A stretch of 32,563 bases of DNA from Stramenopiles sp. TOSAG23-3. Lineage: Eukaryota. Of the stretch, positions 9,838 to 18,835 are shown in pieces; position 1 is the first letter of the stretch, and each line of letters starts with the position of its first letter. The stretch spans positions 1 to 32,563 of the forward strand of contig LT642215.1 in assembly GCA_900128585.1 (NCBI GenBank), written 5' to 3'. A program made the position numbers and the translations under genes. Below the pieces are notes generated by a model. The model had not been told where the DNA came from, ran no database searches, and saw only the letters and a list, made by a program, of their open reading frames with translations.

Positions 9838-11568
9838 CTAACAAGATCGGAAGAGCTGACCCGGCTCCCCTTCTTCGGTGGCTCCAGGGTTTGGTAATCC
9901 CAGCGCCTCTAGGCGCGAGAATATTCTGACACCGTCGTACTCCGATGATCGATCCCCGGCCAACGTGTCCTGGTCACTCGTGAACAATCCTGGAGCGAAC
10001 TGCTCCTTTCCTGGGTCGTAATGCGACCAATTTTCGTTGGACACGTACGGCATATAAGTGTCCCAGTGGAGAATTCCGGACCCCTCCTCCTCCGGCGACA
10101 GAGCTTCCACTACCTCCAGGCCTCCGCACTTCATCAGGATGGCGTGGCCGTTGGCGATGGGGTAACACGGCAGTGACGCAGCGTTCGTCTCCTCCCTCAA
10201 CTTTGTCACCTCCACCGGCTCGGTTCTCTCTCCCTCGCGCGTCCCGACGAGCAGTGACGCTTTGTTCTGGGCGAATTGCCCTCTTTCATTCGTGGCGCGG
10301 AGGTACGTCTCGGCGCTCTGCGGGAACGACGCGCGGCGGGGGCGGGCGTCGTAATGAGGGAACGCCATAGCTTCCACGGCACGGTAACCATTCCACGCGC
10401 CGTGACGCGACATGTTCTCGAGCATTTTCGTCCGAGCGGATAAGAGGTCGTTCTTCTCCTTGGCGAAGAAGGTCTCGGGGGTCTCGAGAGGAGGCAGTCG
10501 CATGAATGGAGCGTTGTACGGTTGCGTTACAACGGAAAACGCATCGATCCCCTTGAAGGTGGCAGGGAGGATGTTTCGACAACACATTATAAGGCCGGCC
10601 GAGTGTCCCATGTAGAAAAGCGTGCCCTCCTTCAACTGGTCTCGCAAAAGCTGCATGTGGCCAACCTCTGAACCGTTCTCCAATCCCTGGCGATCCCACA
10701 TGTTGTGGAACAGCGACATGGTGTATGTGTTCCCTCCCACGAGGTAATACCCCGAGACGCCCTCCAACGTCTCCGCAAGGTTGGCGGGACTCACTGGCCG
10801 GCTGCAGCCGTAGATCGCCTCCCTGAACTCCTCCGCCTCTACGGAGGAAGGGAATTGCATGTCGTCGTCCTCCTTCCCGTCTGGGTTCACGAACTTCATC
10901 GCCGGGAAGCCGTCGTTGCCTTTCTCCCCTCCCTGGTCGCGAACTGCTTCCCATATTCCCCAGCTTAAGTCCCAGCATACGATTCTATCCAGGTTGTAGA
11001 ACCGCATCATACTCCGCATGCTATTCCATACCAGCTTCGCCCGCCACTCCTGAAGGTGCAATTTCCCCACAACCTCCTGCTCCCAGTGCTCGAGCCTATC
11101 GTCATTGGGATCAACGGGGGCCTCGAAGACGAACTCTGTCTTGCCGTTTTCTTGTTCGTTGGCCTCCCTCAGCACGGCGCCCTTGGGCATCCACACCTTT
11201 TCTCCAGACGGCTGTGGCAGCAATAACCCCTCTCCGGCGGTCTTGCCGTCCGCTTTCAGCGGAAGGTGCTTCCTCAGCTCGTCCTCATCCGAGAAAGTGA
11301 CGGCCACGGGCGACGGCTTCCCTCCGACGATAGCATACGTGTCCCAGTTCCAAGTCGTGGCCGACACGTCCACGATCATGGAGCGCTCACCATCTCCCCG
11401 CCTGGCGCGGGTTTCCTCGAGCAGGCTGAGGACCCTGGCCCTTGTGGAGTGAGCGGTGATCGCCTTTCCTCGCACTGGCATCAGGTAAGCCGCCGAGAGG
11501 AGGACGTTGGCGCGTCGCGTTTCCGCGGCAGAGGAGGAGGGGGAGGTTTCCGCCGAAGGAGACGCCAT
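9838..11568 (-). CDS. Peptidase S51 (peptidase E/cyanophycinase, class I GATase-like fold) family protein with large insertions
   Basis: YYLVGGNTY, nucleophile elbow FYMGHSAG and AFPHYD match the S51 motifs GGNT, GxSAG and PHY. Start placed at gccATGg 11568, where GC content rises; an upstream in-frame ATG exists at 11700. Confidence 0.8.
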   Translation of the reverse strand: MASPSAETSPSSSAAETRRANVLLSAAYLMPVRGKAITAHSTRARVLSLLEETRARRGDGERSMIVDVSATTWNWDTYAIVGGKPSPVAVTFSDEDELRKHLPLKADGKTAGEGLLLPQPSGEKVWMPKGAVLREANEQENGKTEFVFEAPVDPNDDRLEHWEQEVVGKLHLQEWRAKLVWNSMRSMMRFYNLDRIVCWDLSWGIWEAVRDQGGEKGNDGFPAMKFVNPDGKEDDDMQFPSSVEAEEFREAIYGCSRPVSPANLAETLEGVSGYYLVGGNTYTMSLFHNMWDRQGLENGSEVGHMQLLRDQLKEGTLFYMGHSAGLIMCCRNILPATFKGIDAFSVVTQPYNAPFMRLPPLETPETFFAKEKNDLLSARTKMLENMSRHGAWNGYRAVEAMAFPHYDARPRRASFPQSAETYLRATNERGQFAQNKASLLVGTREGERTEPVEVTKLREETNAASLPCYPIANGHAILMKCGGLEVVEALSPEEEGSGILHWDTYMPYVSNENWSHYDPGKEQFAPGLFTSDQDTLAGDRSSEYDGVRIFSRLEALGLPNPGATEEGEPGQLFRSC

Positions 11569-12151
11569 GGCAAAATAATTTTTTAAACGTTTGAAACGCT
11601 CAGCAGTTTGATCGAACACACTGGCTTGATTTGTGGGTATGCGTAAAGAATTGAATATGCAGCGCCGACGCAGGCCTCCTTTCCACCAAATTATTTGCAT
11701 TCGATGGATTTTTTGTTCCTATTATTACCGATAATATAATAATAATACGGTATCTTTACCGTACTCCCCTGCTACGTACGGACATGTTCTTTTTTTCGGT
11801 TTCTTCTTCTTCTTCTTCTTCGTGTTGTTGTTGTTGTTAGTCCTATTATATTAGACTATTATTAATATTTTAATCTTCTTAGTCTCTATTATTTCCATGT
11901 TACACGAAGTAAGTGTCTAAATATTTTTTTTTTATTATTATTATTATTTTTTTGAATTTGGATTCTTGATTTTTTGTTGTTTGTTTCTTTGCTTTCTTTA
12001 AAAATTGTGTATCGTCTTTACCTTTTTTTTTTTGTCATTGGATTTAGTAAATTTTGCAAATAAATAAAACATTTGTACTATTGACATTTTTTGTTTACGA
12101 AACAACATAAGAAGGTTTCATTGGCCGACCCACAAAGTCGGTGAATTTTCA

Positions 12152-13516
12152 ATGAACCAAGTTGAAATGCCCGACGAAAACCGACGTCGAAGTTTTTTCC
12201 TTTTCTGCGGCTTATGGGGTGCATTTATCGTGTACAGCGTGGCCTCTAGCCCGGGGGGTGGCATCAAAGCGAATTACCGCACCGACACACTTCCCGTTAT
12301 TTGGTACGCGCCTTTTTTTTCCGGTGGCGGGTACTGCTCAGAAGCTATTTCGTTCGCGTTGGCCCTGCGGAAGGCCGGGGTCAGGGTCCAGATTGTCCAG
12401 CACGGGGACGGTGTGAACCGGGATTTTGTCCACGGGCTCCCTCGGGGCGAAAGGGAATTGCTGGTTGATATGTCTCAAGAGCACATTGATCCGAGGCATG
12501 CTGTCGTGGTGTGCCACAGCGAACCAGGGGCGTGGCACCCGTCAAGGTGGCCGACGGCCATGTGCCCTCCTCCAAGGTCAAAGTACACGGTCGGCAGGAC
12601 CATGTTCGAAACGGACCGGTTGCCCGACGGCTGGGACGAACGTTTGAACAAAATGGACGAACTCTGGGTTCCGGCAGACTTTCACGTGAAAACCTTTCGC
12701 GAAGGTGGGGCAAAGGCAAGCAAGTTGGTGGTGTTGGGAGAACCCGTCGACATAGATTTTTTCAACCCAGACGACGCAAGGGAGCTCACCGTTCCCCGTG
12801 GCGACGAACGGGAGACCCGTTTTCTGAGTATTTTCAAATGGGAAACCAGGAAGGGCTGGGACGTCTTGCTGAAGGCGTACTTCCACGAGTTCAAGGAGGC
12901 CGACAACGTCTGCCTTTACCTGCTGACCAACCCGTTCCACAGCACGTCCGATTTCGACGCGGAGATCCGAAAGTACACCGTCGAAACCCTGAAAATGTCG
13001 CCGGACGCTTTGCCCAAGGTGGTGGTGCTGCGGCCGGGGCTTCCACAGAGCAAAATGCCCGGGCTGTTCCAAAGCGTGGACGCGCTCGTGCAACCGTCCC
13101 GGGGAGAAGGCTGGGGCAGACCGCACGTGGAGGCAATGTCCATGGGGATCCCAGTGGTAGCGACGAACTGGAGCGGGACGACTGAGTTTTTGACGGAGGA
13201 AAACTCGTATCCGTTAAGGTACGACGGGATGTCAGAAATACAAGACGGGGCATTCAAAGGCCACCATTGGGCAGAGCCGTCCTCGACTCACCTTCAAGAG
13301 ATACTAAGGGATATCCATGAGCACAAGGATCGTGCTCAGTCGAAAGGCAAGCAGGGGAGGAAAGATATGATGAAATTCTATTCCCCCTCCGTCATGGCAG
13401 AGCAAGTCATCTCTCGACTCCAGGAAATAGAGAAAAAAATCAAAAAACAACGACCGCCACCAATTGGAATAGAACAGGAAGGTTTACAAAAACAAGACTC
13501 GTCACTTGAATTATAA
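12152..13516 (+). CDS. Glycosyltransferase family 4 (GT-B, Glycos_transf_1), type II membrane protein
   Basis: N-terminal TM (FFLFCGLWGAFIVYSVA), GGYCSEA, GRTMFETDRLP, FKWETRKGWDVLL, and the GT4 E-x7-E motif SRGEGWGRPHVEAMSMGIPVVATNWSG. Confidence 0.92.
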   Translation: MNQVEMPDENRRRSFFLFCGLWGAFIVYSVASSPGGGIKANYRTDTLPVIWYAPFFSGGGYCSEAISFALALRKAGVRVQIVQHGDGVNRDFVHGLPRGERELLVDMSQEHIDPRHAVVVCHSEPGAWHPSRWPTAMCPPPRSKYTVGRTMFETDRLPDGWDERLNKMDELWVPADFHVKTFREGGAKASKLVVLGEPVDIDFFNPDDARELTVPRGDERETRFLSIFKWETRKGWDVLLKAYFHEFKEADNVCLYLLTNPFHSTSDFDAEIRKYTVETLKMSPDALPKVVVLRPGLPQSKMPGLFQSVDALVQPSRGEGWGRPHVEAMSMGIPVVATNWSGTTEFLTEENSYPLRYDGMSEIQDGAFKGHHWAEPSSTHLQEILRDIHEHKDRAQSKGKQGRKDMMKFYSPSVMAEQVISRLQEIEKKIKKQRPPPIGIEQEGLQKQDSSLEL

Positions 13517-13644
13517 TTTTTTAACTTTTAAAAAAACAGTAAGAACAGCCATTATTTTGTTTCTTTAAAAAACATCTATACTAGACGATTATCTTAGTAA
13601 AATAATACTGAGGTCAAAAATGGAAAAACACACAGCATAAAAGA

Positions 13645-13691
13645 TAAATACTCGTAATAACAGCCAATTTTCTTGTTTTTAAATACTCGTA
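13645..13691 (-). repeat. Dispersed repeat module A (23 nt) between 12-nt direct repeats
   Basis: TAAATACTCGTA (13645-13656) + ATAACAGCCAATTTTCTTGTTTT (13657-13679) + TAAATACTCGTA (13680-13691). Confidence 0.9.
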
Positions 13692-14047
13692 TCATATGAT
13701 ATGATAAATATATCTCCATATCTATCTCGAGTCTATGATAGTCTATCATTTTTTTAATAATTTCATTGTGATAAAATATGTAGTTAATATATTAATACAC
13801 TACAGGTACCGAACTATCTATACTAGCTATTAATGTTTTTTTTTATTATTTTTCAACTGTGGTACAGTAATACAAGTATAAATTAATGTAATAATTCTCT
13901 CAACTTCATTGTGTTTGCTTCCGATACCTCCTGGTACCGTACCTTTACCGTATCTATACTACTGAAAATTTTTAATTTAAAACTCTTATTATTATTTTAG
14001 AGAGCTGACAACGAACGTTTGCCGAAAACAGCATTTTTGTACATACA

Positions 14048-14082
14048 CTTATTGGCACTTATTGGACTTATTCCACTTATTG
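14048..14082 (+). repeat. Short degenerate tandem repeat (ACTTATTGG-like x4)
   Basis: cttattggcacttattggacttattccacttattg. Confidence 0.7.
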
Positions 14083-15019
14083 CGTGTCTTTCATCATTCA
14101 TTTTATTTTGACATTTGTTGATTACGTATTATTCCAATAACCATTATATAGACTATTTAATTAGTTATAAAAGTAGTCGTCGATCGATCAACATATTTTA
14201 AATACGAGGAGTCGTCATCTAAATAAATAAAGAGAGCATTGCTTTTTAAATCCAGTAGAGTGTCCCCATCCTCATCCTCGTATTCTCGTATATATTATAT
14301 GCCCTTCCTTCCCTTCCTCTCTCTCTCCCTTTCCCTCTTCTCCCTTCCCCTCTTCTCTCTTCTCCCTTCCCAGCCTTTGTTTGTTTAACTTATTTTTTTT
14401 ATTTTATGAGGTTGAACCTAATCCAAAACGAATGTTTTTTATTTATTACATACTTTGTAGAAAAAGCTTTTAATACTTTTATTTCAATATTATGTCCATT
14501 TTAAATAAGAGTGGTTGGTTTTAACTTGCTATATTATCTTTGAAGATTTATTGTAACAATATATTATTTTAAACTCAAATTTGATTAAAATAACGAATAA
14601 TTTCGTTTCGAGGATAATTAGAATATATATCACTTATATTTTTATAAATTATTCTACATAATTACCCTAACGTTTAGGTATATATGGACTATTCGTATTA
14701 ATAATATAAATTATGTATTTAACTGTTCTTATAAAAATTACTCTTTGTACAAAATAGCTATGATAAAGTGGTGTGAGATATTTTAAATATTGAACAAAAA
14801 AGAAGAAATCAATCACCAGAAGAATTACAAATGAAACAAAGGGGTTTTATTCAAAGAATGATTATTTGCATGGGGTTGATCGATTGAAGTTGTTTGTTTG
14901 TTTGTTGTTTTCGGTGTCTGAAAAGTACGCCGTTGTTTTTATTGTGTTGTCAGGGATTGGTTGATATTACGAACATATTTACACGCACGCACAGAAAGAG
15001 AGGTCAACCGGTTGTAAGC

Positions 15020-17263
15020 ATGTCGTCCAAACTGGTCGCCCAGAGCGAGGATAACTCTGCAAAGGAGAAGAAACCAGATGTGGACGTTAGAATATCTCGC
15101 ACCGGAACGATTAGTATCAAGGGAATAACGGGGTCGCTGGAGGGGGCAAAGCCGAACGCCAAAAAGAAACATTCCATCCGGTCTGCCGTCGCATCCCTTC
15201 GGGGACAAGCCTTGCGACAGTTACGGCAACAGCAAGGCATAGAGGAGAAGGCGCAAGGCAGCAAAAAGAAGGAGCTGCCTAACTTCAGCTTTGCTTCCCC
15301 AAATCGGCTCTCGCAGTACAGCGTGGGCCAGCCTGAGCCAAGCGATATGGAACGAATCGCAAGGCTGACCGCAAAAGCAACTCTGTCGACCCCACCCTCT
15401 CCTGCGCGAAAAGTGAGGTCTCCCATGTCTCCTTCCCGAACGGAGGGAGGGCAAAAGCTGCGGCACGCCGTCGACGTGCTACATGAAACTGTCCTGGACC
15501 AGCGCGCGAGGGCCGAATCTCGAGGCATTACTTTGTCGATGGCCCTGTATCGATTAGAACACAGGGTGCGTGGGGATGGGGTCGGTGCCCACGCCCTGAC
15601 GAGGGTTCGTGAGGCACTACGAGAGATGGATCAACAGCGAGAAACGCTTTTGCAGCAGCTCGCCGATGAACGGCTGGCAGGTAAGAGCTACCGCACGAAA
15701 ACGAGTGTGAAGAAGCTGATGGTTTCCTGGAGAAACACGCGCACACGAGACGCGTTCAACTTGTGGGAGAACCTAGTCGTTGTGCACAAAGCAAACCAAA
15801 TGCAAAGTATACTGAGCAAGAGCAGGGAATCGCTGATCACGAGGCTCAGGGACCAGTTGCAGGCACACACGTCGCACAGGGTCTTGGTCGCATGGAAATC
15901 CTACGTAAAAACCTCAATAAAAGAGCATGCGTGGGAAGAGAAAATAAGGGAGGACCATCAAAATCACACCGAAATGATAACGCGAAGGGCTATTTTGAGA
16001 TTCAGGCACGGCCAAATATCCCGATGCTTCAATTCATTTGCGACTAACGCCAAAAATGAGAAGGAACGCAGGGTCCGCGTCAAACGAACCCTGGCAAAAT
16101 GGACCAAGCGCACCCTGTACAGGTGCTTTTCGGCTATGTCCGGTTATGCGGCTTCGAGAAAACGGAAACGGAATATCTGCCATAGAGTCATCGCAAAGGT
16201 TGAAAACCAAGCGGCGGCTGCTGCAATGGGAAAATGGCGCAGCTTCATCATGGAGGACGCAAAGATGCGAATGAGCAAAGAAAGGTTGATAATCAAACTC
16301 TTCAATGGTCTAACAAACAAGCATGAAATCCAACAAATATTCACGCTCGTGGTCGCGCAGGTAAAACAGCTGATGGAAGCGGAAAATGCCCTCCTCTTTT
16401 TGCACAATCCCCGCAAAGAAAAGCTCTACACAAAGTTAATGTCCCTTGGCAGTGACGGTGAGGAAATGTTCGAAGAGTTTTTTATCCCGGACGACCTGGG
16501 GCTGACTGGGGAGTGCTTCCAAGAAGGGCAAAATTTCTGTGTCGCCGATGCTTACGAGGATTTGCGGTTTGACAGAAGCATAGACGATCGGTTGAATTCT
16601 CGCACAAAGCAATTGATGGTGCTTCCAGTTCGTACGAAAGCGGGACAGACTCTAGGGGTGCTACGGATTATCAATAAGAAGAATGGCATGGTGTTTAAAA
16701 CGACCGACGCAAACTTGTTGGGCCAATACTGTGACCAGCTAGCAGTTGCAATCCAAAAGGTAGAAAACATCGAGCGCGAAGAAAGGTGGAAAATTGAAAA
16801 GGTCCTGGGGTGGATTCGCAACGGCCTGTTGTCACGATCTTGGACGGCCTGGCGTAATGTATGGGAAGCCGCACGCCTTCGAAAGAAGCAATCAAAGAAA
16901 TGCCTGCTCATATGGACCCGAAAATCAATATCAAAATCGTTCCGATCTTGGTCCAGTTTCGTGGAAAGAAGAAAGAAACAAAGAGATACGGTTTGGAGAT
17001 CACTTCATAGAATGGGGAAAACCCTGCTCAGCAGTGGGTTTAAAACGTGGCACTACAACGCAATGCGAATTAAAGCGTTGGCGGAGACAAACCTGCTGTA
17101 CGACGAACTGAAGCAACAGAAAGAGGCGTACACGGAACAGATCATACACCGTGCCTTGATGCGAATGCAACATGCAACGATCGCAAACTGCTTCTTCACT
17201 ATGGCTGAGCACGCTCGAGAGGCAAAAGAACAAAAGGTTCGGGTTACGCGCACGTTGGCCCGA
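15020..17263 (+). CDS. Large Sfi1-like (W-motif) repeat and GAF domain protein, 5' part; interrupted by an inverted fragment
   Basis: First ATG at 15020. Repeated [AS]F..W...V helices (AFNLWENLV, AMGKWRSFI, SFRSWSSFV, GFKTWHYNA). PDE-type GAF: GLTGECFQEG..VADAYEDLRFDRSID...TKQLMVLPV...LGVLRIINKK..F...D. The TAG at 17264 coincides with the inversion junction. Confidence 0.85.
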
Positions 17264-17427
17264 TAGGATTTGTTGAATATCTTTCTTACCCGCAAGCCCA
17301 TTCGACAGTTTTAAAATAAGTTTTTCTTTCTCGACTCTCATTTTGGATTCTTCCATCATAAAGGAGCGCCATTTCCCCAATGCTGCCGCCACGGCTTGGT
17401 GCTCAACTTTAGCGCATACCCTAACGC
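17261..17427 (-). other. Inverted fragment of the same gene (probable assembly or amplification chimera)
   Basis: The minus strand reads VRVCAKVEHQAVAAALGKWRSFMMEESKMRVEKEKLILKLSNGLAGKKDIQQILS. This is a paralogue of the plus-strand HRVIAKVENQAAAAAMGKWRSFIMEDAKMRMSKERLIIKLFNGLTNKHEIQQIFT (~16180-16345). It abuts the N gap. Confidence 0.85.
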
Positions 17428-17486
17428 NNNNNNNNNNNNNNNNNNNNNNNNNNNNNNNNNNNNNNNNNNNNNNNNNNNNNNNNNNN
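17428..17486. other. Assembly gap (N run)
   Basis: Run of N seen directly. Confidence 0.99.
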
Positions 17487-18482
17487 TGTGGTCGAATATC
17501 TAGGTCACAGTTGAGTGCCGGATTCCACACATGGGAGCGCTTCGCTCTGCATGCACAGCTTGAGCAAGCTAATCATAAAGATAAAATTACCCGAGCCGTA
17601 GGCGTCTGTGGGGGCCTTGCAAAAGTTCAAACGCTAACGGATGTCTTTGCGCTTGTAAATGAAAAAATTCCCTTGTTGCTGGAGACTGAACGGTGCACTT
17701 TATACGTGGCAGATCACGGACGTGAGTTGCTGTGGTCGGCAAACCTGCAGTCTGGAGAGGAAGGTGAAACGACCGTCCAAATACCATTCGCTCGGGGCCA
17801 AATGGGTCTGGTGGCCCAAACAGGCCAAAGCACGTATGGCCCAGGGAGGGATGGTGACAACCACCATTACGTGCCCATCAGAAATGTAAGGGATGATGTT
17901 CTGGGGGTCTTGGACGTGGCATGCGGTTCTTCCCAGAGCGCCGAGGCGAACGAAGAGATGCTGGAATTGGCATCGGCCGTTGCAGCTATGGTTGGCGCGG
18001 CAATTAACCACCAGGGTCTCCTCGACGACATCACGATGATGAACGAGCAAATGCACAGTGCCACATTGACTGAACAGAAAATGGCGTCAATTATTACTTG
18101 GCTTTTTGAAGTTATTGGTAGCGGGGATGGGCAAGAGCACAAAGCAGAGATTCAAGAAATGCGGGATACGTTTATTAGGGCTCATTACGGAATAAACATG
18201 AGCAATTCGCCCCAAGGGGCTGGCAGTCTAAGGGTCGCGAAAGATAGTGGTGTTGCTGCTGAGTTCCGACTGGCTGATATGGACGAGCAATCCATTGAAG
18301 GCTCAGGATACGCCCAAGGACAATCGTCTGAAAGGGCAGAAGATTCTGGCGCGCCAACGTGGACTGAAGCGTTTGCATCCATCGATACAAATAAAGATGG
18401 CAACATATCACCAAGTGAGTTTGCAAGGTGGTACAATGATCGACAGGCAAACCGAAGAAGCGATGGCCCTGCGTATGTGTGA
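17487..18482 (+). CDS. 3' part of the Sfi1-like/GAF protein: divergent GAF and a C-terminal EF-hand
   Basis: AGFHTWERFA W-motif. GAF-like LLETERCTLYVAD..RELLWS...IPFARGQMGLVAQTG...VPIRNVRDDVLGVLDV. Canonical EF loop DTNKDGNISPSE. Joining it to the upstream part is inferred. Confidence 0.8.
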   Translation, partial: CGRISRSQLSAGFHTWERFALHAQLEQANHKDKITRAVGVCGGLAKVQTLTDVFALVNEKIPLLLETERCTLYVADHGRELLWSANLQSGEEGETTVQIPFARGQMGLVAQTGQSTYGPGRDGDNHHYVPIRNVRDDVLGVLDVACGSSQSAEANEEMLELASAVAAMVGAAINHQGLLDDITMMNEQMHSATLTEQKMASIITWLFEVIGSGDGQEHKAEIQEMRDTFIRAHYGINMSNSPQGAGSLRVAKDSGVAAEFRLADMDEQSIEGSGYAQGQSSERAEDSGAPTWTEAFASIDTNKDGNISPSEFARWYNDRQANRRSDGPAYV

Positions 18483-18554
18483 TAACATGATAACATATCC
18501 TATGATATTCACAATGTTAAAACACAAATTATATAAATATGTTTTAAAATCAAG

Positions 18555-18625
18555 TTAGGATTAGGGTTGGAACTGAAATTGTATTTGTGATATAAAATGA
18601 GAGTCTTAAATAATAAAGCATACTA
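18555..18625 (-). repeat. Dispersed intergenic repeat (modules B and C, reverse orientation)
   Basis: TTAGGGTTGGAACTGAAAT (18561) and TAAAATGAGAGTCTTAAA (18593) are reverse complements of modules C and B. Confidence 0.85.
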
Positions 18626-18835
18626 CAAGCTCTACTATATTTTGTTTTTTATATGTGCATATTTTTACGACGAAGATTTTAATTTTATTACACTACCTAT
18701 AATATTTCTGTCTCACTCTTGCTGATTTTAAATCTGTTTACAGTGAAAATGTTTCTTGCATTTTTAAATTCGTGCGTTTGTTTTCTTCTTTCAGATTATC
18801 AAATTAATTCTTAATACCAATACCACACGGCGGTT

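Noticed and set aside
14303-14375. Polypyrimidine (CT-rich) tract
   Set aside because: Simple low-complexity sequence typical of these spacers, with no associated splice structure or gene.
17264-17266. TAG as a real stop, readthrough site or pseudogene lesion
   Set aside because: It lies exactly at the inversion junction next to an assembly gap, so an artefact is the simpler explanation.
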